This document shows positions 48,588 to 56,970 of a DNA stretch of 64,000 nt, in pieces; the first letter of the stretch is position 1, and every line of letters starts with the position of its first letter. The notes below the pieces were generated by a model. The model was given only the letters and a program-made list of their open reading frames with translations. It searched no databases and was not told the DNA's origin. This DNA is from Planctomycetota bacterium (GTDB lineage: Bacteria > Planctomycetota > Phycisphaerae > SM23-33). The translations under genes were made by a program, and so were the position numbers. The stretch is taken from assembly GCA_030635145.1 (NCBI GenBank), contig DAOVZK010000002.1:21119-85118 (forward strand), given 5' to 3'.

Positions 48588-49754
48588 TTATTCTATGAGC
48601 ATCGCGCCGGGGGCAGGATGAGTGGCAAAAATTGGTGGGCGGCGATGGTATTGTTTTTTAAAACCGTCGGAGATCACTTGCGTAACTGACTCCGCGTGGT
48701 TTTCCTCGACCAGCACAATTGCGCACCCCCCAAACCCACCACCGGTCATTCTCGCTCCGAATACTCCGGATCGCGGAATCGCAAGATCAACGATTGTGTC
48801 GAGTTCGGGGCAACTGACTTCAAAGTCATCCCGAAGCGATGCGTGTGAGGCGTACATCAACTCGCCGAATTTTTGCAGGTATCCATCTGCTTTAAAGGTA
48901 AGCAGGTCGGCGGCGGCGAGGGTTCGTGCGATTTCGGTAACCACATGCCGTGAGCGTCGCATTTGCAGGTCGCTGATCTTACTGGCTGCGACGGCTTGGG
49001 CGATCATTTCTTCTGTCGCGTCACGAAGGGCGGGAATCCCGAGAATCTCCGCCGCCGCCTCACACTGCTTTCGGCGAGCGGGATAACCACCATCACCAAT
49101 ATCGTGCGACACCTGCGTATCAACAACAAGCAAAACTGTGTTTGGTGCATCGAAGGGTATCTGACGCGTTTGGCCAGAGCGGCAGTCCAAAAGCAGGGCA
49201 TGATTGGCTTGCCCCATGACGGAAATGGACTGATCCATAATTCCACACGGTGCGCCTGCGAAGGTGTTTTCGGCATGCTGACAGATTTTCGCGAGGAGAT
49301 GCGGTTTGACACTGGATTCGCTACCACAAACCGCCAGAAGAGCAACGCCAGTGGCGACTTCCAGCGAGGCAGAGCTGCTAAGCCCGGCGTTGAGAGGAAC
49401 GTTGCTGTCGAAAAGTATATTGCATCCAGCAAGCTCGATTCCGTTTTCGATAAGCCCTGCTGCAACACCGCGACAATAATTTCCCCATGCGTGCTGCCCC
49501 GTTTCAATCGCAGTACACAGGTCGATTTCGTCGCACTTGTTCGGTTGCTGGAGCGAGGCGAAGACTACTCGTCCATCGTCGCGTGGTGCCCAGGCGGCGA
49601 GGGTTCGTTGCTCGATTGCTATGGGTAAAACGAATCCGTCGTTATAGTCGGTATGTTCACCGATGAGATTGACTCGGCCTGGTGCGGCGACGATGCCTTT
49701 TGGGGTTACCCCAAACGCTTTGCGAAATTCGTCTTTTATCTTTTGGGTACTCAT
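48588..49754 (-). CDS. galK: galactokinase
   Basis: PGRVNLIGEHTDYNDGFVLPIAI galactokinase signature and the GHMP kinase motif GLSSSASLE. Confidence 0.9.
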   Translation of the reverse strand: MSTQKIKDEFRKAFGVTPKGIVAAPGRVNLIGEHTDYNDGFVLPIAIEQRTLAAWAPRDDGRVVFASLQQPNKCDEIDLCTAIETGQHAWGNYCRGVAAGLIENGIELAGCNILFDSNVPLNAGLSSSASLEVATGVALLAVCGSESSVKPHLLAKICQHAENTFAGAPCGIMDQSISVMGQANHALLLDCRSGQTRQIPFDAPNTVLLVVDTQVSHDIGDGGYPARRKQCEAAAEILGIPALRDATEEMIAQAVAASKISDLQMRRSRHVVTEIARTLAAADLLTFKADGYLQKFGELMYASHASLRDDFEVSCPELDTIVDLAIPRSGVFGARMTGGGFGGCAIVLVEENHAESVTQVISDGFKKQYHRRPPIFATHPAPGAMLIE

Positions 49755-52390
49755 AGTTCTTCTTTAAGTTTTCGCAGCAGATCGAGTGCCTGCATCGGGG
49801 TCATGTTTTCGATATCGGCGTGCTTGATTTCTGAGGCCACCCGGGCGGACGGATCGGCGAAGAGATTCATTTGCGCAGCGGCCGCCTTGGCACGCTGGGC
49901 GAGTTCCGGCATATCAAGGCCTTGCGCGAGATGCGCCTGCAGCTGTGGCAGCAATTCTTTCGCGCGATTCACAACGTCGCGTGGCACACCGGCCAGCCGG
50001 GCCACATGCACACCGTAGCTCTGGTCGGTTCCGCCTTTGACGATTTTGTGCAGGAAGATTACTTCGTCGGCCCATTCGCGGACGGCGACGTTAAGATTCG
50101 TCGTTCCGTCGAGGAGCGTTTCCAGCTCGGTAAGTTCGTGGTAGTGCGTGGCGAAAAGCGTGCGGGCCTTGACATGCAACGCGATGAATTCGCAAATCGC
50201 CCACGCCAGAGCGAGTCCGTCGCAGGTGCTTGTTCCTCGCCCGACCTCGTCGAGAATCACCAGCGAACGCGGCGTGGCGTTGTTGAGGATGTTCGCGGTT
50301 TCGACCATCTCGAGCATAAACGTGCTCAACCCGCGCGAAAGTTCGTCGGCGGCCCCGACACGAGTGAAGATGCGGTCCGTCAAACCAATCGTTGCCGACT
50401 CGGCCGGGATAAACGACCCAGCTTGGGCCATCAGCACCAGCAACGCCGTCTGGCGAATGTATGTACTTTTGCCCGCCATGTTCGGCCCGGTAATAATCAG
50501 CAGGCGATCATCTTTCGCGCCCATTTTTACGTCGTTGGGGACAAACTGATCTCGCAGCTGCTGGGCTACGACCGGATGTTTTCCGCCCGTGATATCCAGC
50601 ATGTTTTCCTGCGTAATTGTCGGCCGAATATACCCGCGTTCGACAGCTACCTGCGCCAACCCGCACAAAACGTCCAACGTCGCCAACGCTTCAGCTGCCC
50701 GCTGAAACGCCTCGGTATACGATGCCAACTCGCACCGCAACTCCTCGAAAAGTCGATGCTCCAAATCGCGCCCGCGTTGGGCAGCGGTGAGAACTTCCGA
50801 CTCGTACTTCTTGAGTTCGTCGGTAATGTATCGCTCGGCGTTTTTGAGCGTCTGCTTGCGAACGTAGTCGGGGGGCACCTTCTCGGAATAGGCGTGCGAC
50901 ACCTCTATGTAGTATCCGAAAACGCGATTGAATCCGACCTTCAGCGGAATTCCCGCCTGCTCGGTTTGCGTCTGCTGGTAATTCGCCAGCCACGTTTTCC
51001 CGTCCTGCCCGATGCTTCGCAAATGATCGAGCTGTTCGTCGAATCCCGACGCGAGAACCCCACCGTCGCGCAAAACGTTCGGGCAGTCGGGGTCGATAGC
51101 GTTTGCGATCAGCTCGGCGGGGCGCTCTAATCCGAGCAACGCGGGTTGATGCTGCGCGACGATATCCGAAGCAGCGACGGCCGCGGAAAGTTGCTCGGCC
51201 AGTGCCGGTAAAATCGCAAGCGTTTGCCCCAACCCCACAAGCTCGCGAGGCCGAACGCGCGACATCGCAATGTTCGTCGAAATTCGGTCGATCTGCGCAC
51301 AGTTGGCGAGAAAATCGCGAATGCTTTCGAGCATGTCACGCTGATCAGCGAAAAACTCAACCGCGTCCTGCCGGGCCGTAATCCCAGAATAACTCACCAG
51401 CGGAAACGTCAACCAACGCTCCAACAATCGTGCACCCATCCCGCTACAGGTTTTGTCGATGCAACCCAGCAAGCTACCGGCGCGTTTGTTGCTGCGCAGG
51501 GTTCGGTGAACTTCGAGGCAGCGTAGCGTGTTACCGTCGATGGCCATGAAGTCGGTAGGCTCAAATTTTTTCAGCGTACAAATGTGGTCGAGCGCAGCCT
51601 TCTGCGTATCACGAAGATACTCAATCACGCCACCCGCCGCCGACACACTTTCGTCCCATCCGTCAATACCGAACCCCTCGAGAGTTTTGGTTTTGAAATG
51701 TTCGTTGAGCGTTTTTTCCGAGGCGTGGGCGTCGAAACTCCACGGCGGCCGCGAGGTACCCGGTGCATCGAGCGCAAGACGCAAATTATCGCGCCATTGC
51801 GGAGTGTCAAATTCGCTGCCTTCGGGATAGATAACCTCGGCCGGGCCGATGCGGACGAGTTCGTCCATGGCGTGATGCTTCGGAACGTTCATCGTCCAGA
51901 ACGATCCGCTGGAAAGCTCAACCCATGCAAGCCCGACCATTGACTCGCCGTTAGAGTCGGCGGATTTTGATTTTGACGGCACAGCAAAAACGCCCGCGAG
52001 ATAATTCCCCACCCGCTGATCGAGCAGAGTTTCGTCGGTGAGCGTTCCGGGCGTCACGAGGCGAACAACGTCGCGTTTAACCACACCCTTTGCCTGCTTG
52101 GGATCCTCAACCTGCTCGCAGATCGCCACCCTCTGGTCGGCCTGTATGAGTCTCCCGAGATAATTGTCGAGCGCGTGATACGGAATCCCCGCCAGCGGCA
52201 CAGCTGTCGGGCCTTTCGAGCGGGCCGTCAGCGTGATGCCCAAAATTCGCGACGCGGTCTTGGCGTCCTCGTAAAACATCTCGTAAAAGTCGCCCATCCG
52301 AAACAGCAGAATATAGTCCGGGTACTGCTCCTTGAAGGAGTGGTACTGCCGCATCGCAGGAGTATCGAGTTTTACTGTTTGCTCCGTCAT
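49751..52390 (-). CDS. mutS: DNA mismatch repair protein MutS
   Basis: The N-terminus TPAMRQYHSFKEQYPDYILLFRMGDFYEMFYEDA and the Walker A ITGPNMAGKSTYIRQ. The start is taken at MTEQTV (52390) rather than the ORF-track Met at 52414. The 3' end overlaps the galK start by 4 nt. Confidence 0.9.
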   Translation of the reverse strand: MTEQTVKLDTPAMRQYHSFKEQYPDYILLFRMGDFYEMFYEDAKTASRILGITLTARSKGPTAVPLAGIPYHALDNYLGRLIQADQRVAICEQVEDPKQAKGVVKRDVVRLVTPGTLTDETLLDQRVGNYLAGVFAVPSKSKSADSNGESMVGLAWVELSSGSFWTMNVPKHHAMDELVRIGPAEVIYPEGSEFDTPQWRDNLRLALDAPGTSRPPWSFDAHASEKTLNEHFKTKTLEGFGIDGWDESVSAAGGVIEYLRDTQKAALDHICTLKKFEPTDFMAIDGNTLRCLEVHRTLRSNKRAGSLLGCIDKTCSGMGARLLERWLTFPLVSYSGITARQDAVEFFADQRDMLESIRDFLANCAQIDRISTNIAMSRVRPRELVGLGQTLAILPALAEQLSAAVAASDIVAQHQPALLGLERPAELIANAIDPDCPNVLRDGGVLASGFDEQLDHLRSIGQDGKTWLANYQQTQTEQAGIPLKVGFNRVFGYYIEVSHAYSEKVPPDYVRKQTLKNAERYITDELKKYESEVLTAAQRGRDLEHRLFEELRCELASYTEAFQRAAEALATLDVLCGLAQVAVERGYIRPTITQENMLDITGGKHPVVAQQLRDQFVPNDVKMGAKDDRLLIITGPNMAGKSTYIRQTALLVLMAQAGSFIPAESATIGLTDRIFTRVGAADELSRGLSTFMLEMVETANILNNATPRSLVILDEVGRGTSTCDGLALAWAICEFIALHVKARTLFATHYHELTELETLLDGTTNLNVAVREWADEVIFLHKIVKGGTDQSYGVHVARLAGVPRDVVNRAKELLPQLQAHLAQGLDMPELAQRAKAAAAQMNLFADPSARVASEIKHADIENMTPMQALDLLRKLKEEL

Positions 52391-52544
52391 AGTGAAGGGG
52401 AAATGATAATCCATAGGGCGAGGTTTTTCACGAGAATTCTTATCTGGGTGATGTGTTGGGTGCCATACTTCTATTCAATAGAAGCATGTCTTGATCTTGG
52501 TAAACACGGATTTTGTTCTGTCATGCTCGGCCACGACCGGGCAT

Positions 52545-52800
52545 CCAGGGGGTCGTAGCACAACAGGTAATAAAAAACCCGCGAGAATCGTAAGAGTGGA
52601 ATATCCAACACCCAACACTCAATGTCCAATTTTCAAGGTAAGAGAACCACAGCCCGGTAGCACCGGTGGCGATAAAAGACACAGATAGACACAGATTTTT
52701 TTGTCACCCTCGCGAAAGCGGGGGTCCAGTATTTTCTGGGTGGCTGGGTGCCGTGGTTGCGGTGTTTGCAACCACGTTTAACAAAAATTCCGATTCCCGT
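52545..52800. repeat. REP-like palindromic element cluster (copy 2)
   Basis: Contains GGGGGTCGTAGCAC, CCCGGTAGCACCGGTGG, the GNRA-capped hairpin CCCTCGCgaaaGCGGGGG, the shared 42-bp block ctgggtgccgtggttgcggtgtttgcaaccacgtttaac, and a second hairpin CGTGGTTAtcccgcgaaacgcggtgTAACCACG reusing the same arms. Confidence 0.4.
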
Positions 52801-52844
52801 GGTTATCCCGCGAAACGCGGTGTAACCACGCCACCCGTCGTAAC

Positions 52845-53262
52845 ATTGTAGACTTACATTACGGCATTGCAGGCTTACATCGTGACATTGTAAGGTTACA
52901 TTACGGCATTGCAGGCTTACATCGTGGCATTGTAAGGTTACATTACGGCATTGCAGGCTTACATCGTGGCATTGCACGCTTACATTGAGGCATTGTAGAC
53001 TTACATTACGGCATTGTAAGGTTACATTACGACATTGTAAGTTTACATTGAGGCATTGCACGCTTACATTACGGCATTGCACGCTTACATTGAGGCATTG
53101 TAAGCTTACTCCGAGGCAAAGTAAGTTAACTCTACGGTAAAGTCAGCTTACTCTGTGGCAAAGTCAGTCAACTCTACGGCAAAGTCAGTCAACTCTACGG
53201 CAAAGTCAGCTTACTCCGAGGCAAAGTAAGTTAACTCTATGACAAAGTAAACGATCAAAATA
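52845..53262. repeat. tandem array of ~20 direct 21-bp repeats in two subfamilies, each unit with a dyad core GTAAnnTTAC
   Basis: Units 1-13 fit CATTG-YARGN-TTACAT-YRNGG (for example cattgcaggcttacatcgtgg / cattgtaaggttacattacgg alternating). Units 14-19 fit CAAAG-TMAGY-TWACTC-YRNGG. There are no spacers, so this is not CRISPR. The minus-strand ORF 52633..53082 (LQCRNVT heptads) is a translation artefact of the repeat. Confidence 0.8.
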
Positions 53263-53634
53263 ACGCATAAAGCGTTGATATTAAGGATGTTAAGCTAAAA
53301 ATCGCAAAAAGGACCCATTTCCAAGCCGAAATCCCCCGCCGGTGGGAGTGATGCTGATGGTGGCGCCGCTGGCGACGGGGATCCAGTTCTTTCTGGGTGC
53401 CATGCTTATCTCAGCATAGCGGGTAAGCATGTGGGAAACGAGCGAATACAAAACATGCTTCTGCGAGCAGAAGCATGGCACCCGGCTTTTTTAAAGTGGT
53501 TCCAAGGAAAACCTGTAAACAAGAACGAATAGATTACTTTACAATACGAATGTTGGATGTTATTTTACATTGGTCGCCAATAAATGGAGATTTTGTGTCG
53601 AATGGGAAGTTATGCGTCACAAATGGGAGATGTT

Positions 53635-53799
53635 ATGCCACTCAATATTAATTGTCCAAATTGCGGACAGCCAGCCGTAGTCCCTGATGCAGCGATTAAC
53701 AAACAGGGACGATGGATGGAAAACAAATCAACAAGGAAATGCGTTTGTTGGGCTGGGCGAATTATTCTCCCAAATCCCGATAAACCGGAAAGGGTATAA
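53635..53799 (+). CDS. small zinc-ribbon protein (54 aa), tentative
   Basis: MPLNINCPNCGQ...(25 aa)...CVCWAG gives a CxxC...CxC arrangement. Low GC. It ends 3 nt before the next gene. No RBS was checked, so this is tentative. Confidence 0.35.
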   Translation: MPLNINCPNCGQPAVVPDAAINKQGRWMENKSTRKCVCWAGRIILPNPDKPERV

Positions 53800-53801
53800 T
53801 T

Positions 53802-54518
53802 ATGAAAAATTCATTGTATCTAGCAGTTGTGATTGCAACCTTATTTTTTGGAACGAACACTGTATTTGCGGATGAATCTACTGAGCAGGAAATCAGAACG
53901 CTCCGGGCTGAAAATAAACTACTCAGGTCCACTATAAAAAGGCAAAAGAAGAAAATCGCAGAGCTTGAGAATAAAGTAAAAGCTATGGATTCGGGAACAA
54001 AAAAGGATGCACCAACCAAAACCGAAATAAAGAAGACTCAAAAAAATAAGGCTGCCAAGCTAATAACTCGAACCAAGCTGATATCTATCGCGAAAGAATA
54101 TCTGCACACTCCTGAAAAATTAACCCAAGTAAAACGTAAAAGATATCGAGATAAAGTTGAAACTGAAACTAAAAGCAAATTAATCGACCAGCATATAAAG
54201 ATACAAGGCACGCTTACAGATGTCAGTGCCACAAATACGGGAAAGTTTCGCGTCAGCGTAGTATATAAAAAAAGAGTAAGACACAGGGGGGGAGGACACG
54301 CTAAGCGAACAAGAAGTATCCAGCCCAGTAACTATATATATATTGACTTCATTACTGGAGACAAAAGAGTAATAGACCTTGAACCTGGAAGTGACGTAAC
54401 GGTTGAAGGTGTTATAGATAGTTATAGCATTGGTAGCGGATCTTTATTTAAATCCGGTAGCGACACCATAATCCGCCTAGAGCTTAAAAACGGGGCAATT
54501 ATAAAGAAGGGCGAGTGA
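53802..54518 (+). CDS. low-GC secreted coiled-coil protein, hypothetical
   Basis: Signal peptide LYLAVVIATLFFGTNTVFA, then the coiled coil EQEIRTLRAENKLLRSTIKRQKKKIAELENKVKAM, then a β-rich C-terminal half. Confidence 0.6.
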   Translation: MKNSLYLAVVIATLFFGTNTVFADESTEQEIRTLRAENKLLRSTIKRQKKKIAELENKVKAMDSGTKKDAPTKTEIKKTQKNKAAKLITRTKLISIAKEYLHTPEKLTQVKRKRYRDKVETETKSKLIDQHIKIQGTLTDVSATNTGKFRVSVVYKKRVRHRGGGHAKRTRSIQPSNYIYIDFITGDKRVIDLEPGSDVTVEGVIDSYSIGSGSLFKSGSDTIIRLELKNGAIIKKGE

Positions 54519-54675
54519 CTCTGCTGGGAAAAGAATTTATAGCCTTTATCAGCGAACCACAATCCCCCATGGCTACCCCTTCGGTGTTGCCACGCCACCC
54601 GCCATGATTTAACAGTTGCTCCCAACTTTTGTCAATTGCTAATACTTGATCTCGTCAACGCGGCAAATCTCGTGA

Positions 54676-55251
54676 TTAGTTTCTCCTCGTTAGCATTTTC
54701 ATTCGTTCGTGGAATGGATGAGAGGTATTGTGTTCAGCATTCAGCGGAAGGTTTAAGTGCTTCTGAATGATAAGCTTCTCAATGTCACCAATATCCCCTT
54801 GACTAAAATCGTGAGGCACAATGCCCCCGCCCTTAACAACCCAACAGACAAAGGCGTTTTTCGCCATCCAATCTGACAATTGCTTTTCGTCGAAATCTAG
54901 CAACAGTTTCAGCTTTTTTCTGAGAGTGGAAACGGATTCAGAATTTCCACAGTGGAATTGGCGTATCCTACGGTCAAGATTGTTTGAGATTCCAACATAT
55001 ATCAGCACCTTCTTGGAAAACATTCCGCCAGCTTTTACGCAGCCTCTCGTTGGCACTCCATGTGGAACCTCCTTGAAGTACCACCCATAGATACCTGGAT
55101 CAGGCGGAATACACGGGGACTGAGTGATAATCTTCGTTACACCAGCAAGAAATGAGGGTTTTCTAAACGTCTTGGCGACCTTCTTGGCTACACGTTTCAA
55201 TTGTTTCAAATCTGCCATTAATGCGATCCTCTTACTACAGAAAATTCCCAT
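54676..55251 (-). CDS. GIY-YIG-like nuclease-domain protein with an unknown C-terminal domain
   Basis: PGIYGWYFKE ... VLIYVGISNNLDRRIRQFH resembles GIY ... YVG ... R..H of GIY-YIG with an unusually long (~30 aa) spacer. Low GC. Confidence 0.55.
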   Translation of the reverse strand: MGIFCSKRIALMADLKQLKRVAKKVAKTFRKPSFLAGVTKIITQSPCIPPDPGIYGWYFKEVPHGVPTRGCVKAGGMFSKKVLIYVGISNNLDRRIRQFHCGNSESVSTLRKKLKLLLDFDEKQLSDWMAKNAFVCWVVKGGGIVPHDFSQGDIGDIEKLIIQKHLNLPLNAEHNTSHPFHERMKMLTRRN

Positions 55252-55431
55252 CAGCCATGGGCCGGGTTTTAACCCGGCGTTGTTTTGGTAGCCGCAACTT
55301 TACATAATGCCGGGTCGAGACCCGGCCTACAAGCAAAAAAATCCGTGTCTATCAGTGTTAATCCGTGGTTCTCTTTCTTCTCTTCTCTGCAATTCCGAAA
55401 TCCGAATTCCACAATCCGAAATAGGCCCACG

Positions 55432-56346
55432 CTAGTGGGCAGCGAGCATCACGAGGAATGCAAAAGCGATTGGGGCAGCGAGGAGCGGTGAGTCGAGAAT
55501 ATCCAACACTCCGCCGAATTCCGGCACGACAGCACCGGAGTCTTTGACCCCGGCCGAGCGTTTCATCAGCGATTCGCACAAATCTCCGAACTGCCCGAAA
55601 ACCCCGACGATTACCGCGAATAAAATCGCCACCGAGCTGCCCAAAACCGGCGCGGCTGTCCACTTTAGCAGCCACCACCCCAACAGCCCGACGATAGCGG
55701 CGGCGGCGAGGCCACCGGCGAGGCCTTCCCATGTTTTACCGGGGCTTAACCACGGAATCAGCTTATGCTTGCCGAAAAACGATCCGGTAAAGTACGCTCC
55801 GATATCGGTGCACTTGACAGCTGCGAGGAAAAGTATCAGAACCTCGAGGCCGTAAAACATTCGGATTTCGAGTATGCATCCGGCACAGGCCCCGATGTAG
55901 GCGATGCCCAAAAACGTGCACGCCACCGAACGCAAAGCATCTTTTAATCGCGCGACAATCATCTGCTCTAAAAACGCCAATCCCAGCACCAGCAGAATTC
56001 CGCTACGCGTGCCGAACAGGAAAAGTATCTCCTGCAGCCATCGCGGAAATCCGCCCAGCTCGCCATGCCGCTCCAAACCCGTAATCCACGACCCAACGAC
56101 CAGCAGCACAATCCCCACGATTCCGCTGACCCACAACACCCGCACGCCGGTAGTTTTGACCATCCGCGCAAATTCGATGAAGCCCAAAATCATGATCGGA
56201 AAAAACACGATCACCAGCGGTAATCCACGCAGCGACATTTCCCCGCAATGTTTTCCTTCGAGGAACCAGTCCAGAAGAAATATGCCCACCAGCAGAGCGA
56301 TCATCGAGCCGCCAAACGTGATGCGGGTTATCATTGTTTTTTTCAT
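55432..56346 (-). CDS. cdsA: phosphatidate cytidylyltransferase (CDP-diglyceride synthase)
   Basis: The C-terminal LMKRSAGVKDSGAVVPEFGGVLDILDS is the CdsA signature. Multiple TM helices. The start is taken at MKKTMITR. Confidence 0.8.
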   Translation of the reverse strand: MKKTMITRITFGGSMIALLVGIFLLDWFLEGKHCGEMSLRGLPLVIVFFPIMILGFIEFARMVKTTGVRVLWVSGIVGIVLLVVGSWITGLERHGELGGFPRWLQEILFLFGTRSGILLVLGLAFLEQMIVARLKDALRSVACTFLGIAYIGACAGCILEIRMFYGLEVLILFLAAVKCTDIGAYFTGSFFGKHKLIPWLSPGKTWEGLAGGLAAAAIVGLLGWWLLKWTAAPVLGSSVAILFAVIVGVFGQFGDLCESLMKRSAGVKDSGAVVPEFGGVLDILDSPLLAAPIAFAFLVMLAAH

Positions 56347-56508
56347 AATATCAGCCTTCCTGTAATTGTCAGCCCAATGGGATCTTCGTACAATGAGTAT
56401 TAAACGCAATTTTGTCCATTCAACCAAGATGAAAATTTTCCAAAATCCCATAGGCATTGCAAAAACGCTTGATATACTGAGGAATTCGTTTGCCATCATT
56501 GAAGGAGC

Positions 56509-56970
56509 TTGGAGTTACGTATGGAACTTAAACAGTATCTGAAAGAAGAAAGCGTTTTTGTCGCTGAAGGGACCACGAAGCAACAAGTCCTGGAAGAGTC
56601 GGCGGATGTATGCGCAGCTGCGACGCACATCGACCGCAAGACGTTGCTGGAAGCGATTAACCATCGCGAAAGTTTGATGAGCACGGGTATCGGGCAAGGG
56701 TTGGCCGTGCCGCATGTGCGACTGGCCGAAGCAAAACGCCCTGCCCTGGCGGTTGCGATTTGCCCCGACGGTATCGCCGACTACGCCGCCATCGACAATA
56801 AACCCATAACCATCGTCGTGCTGATCGTTGCGCCTCGGGGCCGGCACGAAACATATATACGCTTGCTCGCCGAGGTCGTCGAAGTTCTCAAGCAACCCGA
56901 ACTGCGCGAAAAAATCATTACCGCCGACACGCCAACGCGGGCGTACCAAAATCTGATCGGAGAAAACTAA
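56509..56970 (+). CDS. ptsN: PTS EIIA type-2 domain protein (PtsN/EIIA-Ntr-like regulator)
   Basis: HRESLMSTGIGQGLAVPHVRL contains the phosphorylatable His region of EIIA-2. Confidence 0.75.
   Translation: MELRMELKQYLKEESVFVAEGTTKQQVLEESADVCAAATHIDRKTLLEAINHRESLMSTGIGQGLAVPHVRLAEAKRPALAVAICPDGIADYAAIDNKPITIVVLIVAPRGRHETYIRLLAEVVEVLKQPELREKIITADTPTRAYQNLIGEN

Noticed and set aside
52633-53082. 149-aa minus-strand ORF with LQCRNVT heptad repeats, and a CRISPR interpretation of the same DNA
   Set aside because: The periodicity is exactly that of the 21-bp DNA tandem repeat. There are no unique spacers, so it is not CRISPR, and there is no start or RBS context. An open plus-strand frame through the array also exists, which is a generic property of stop-free short tandem repeats.
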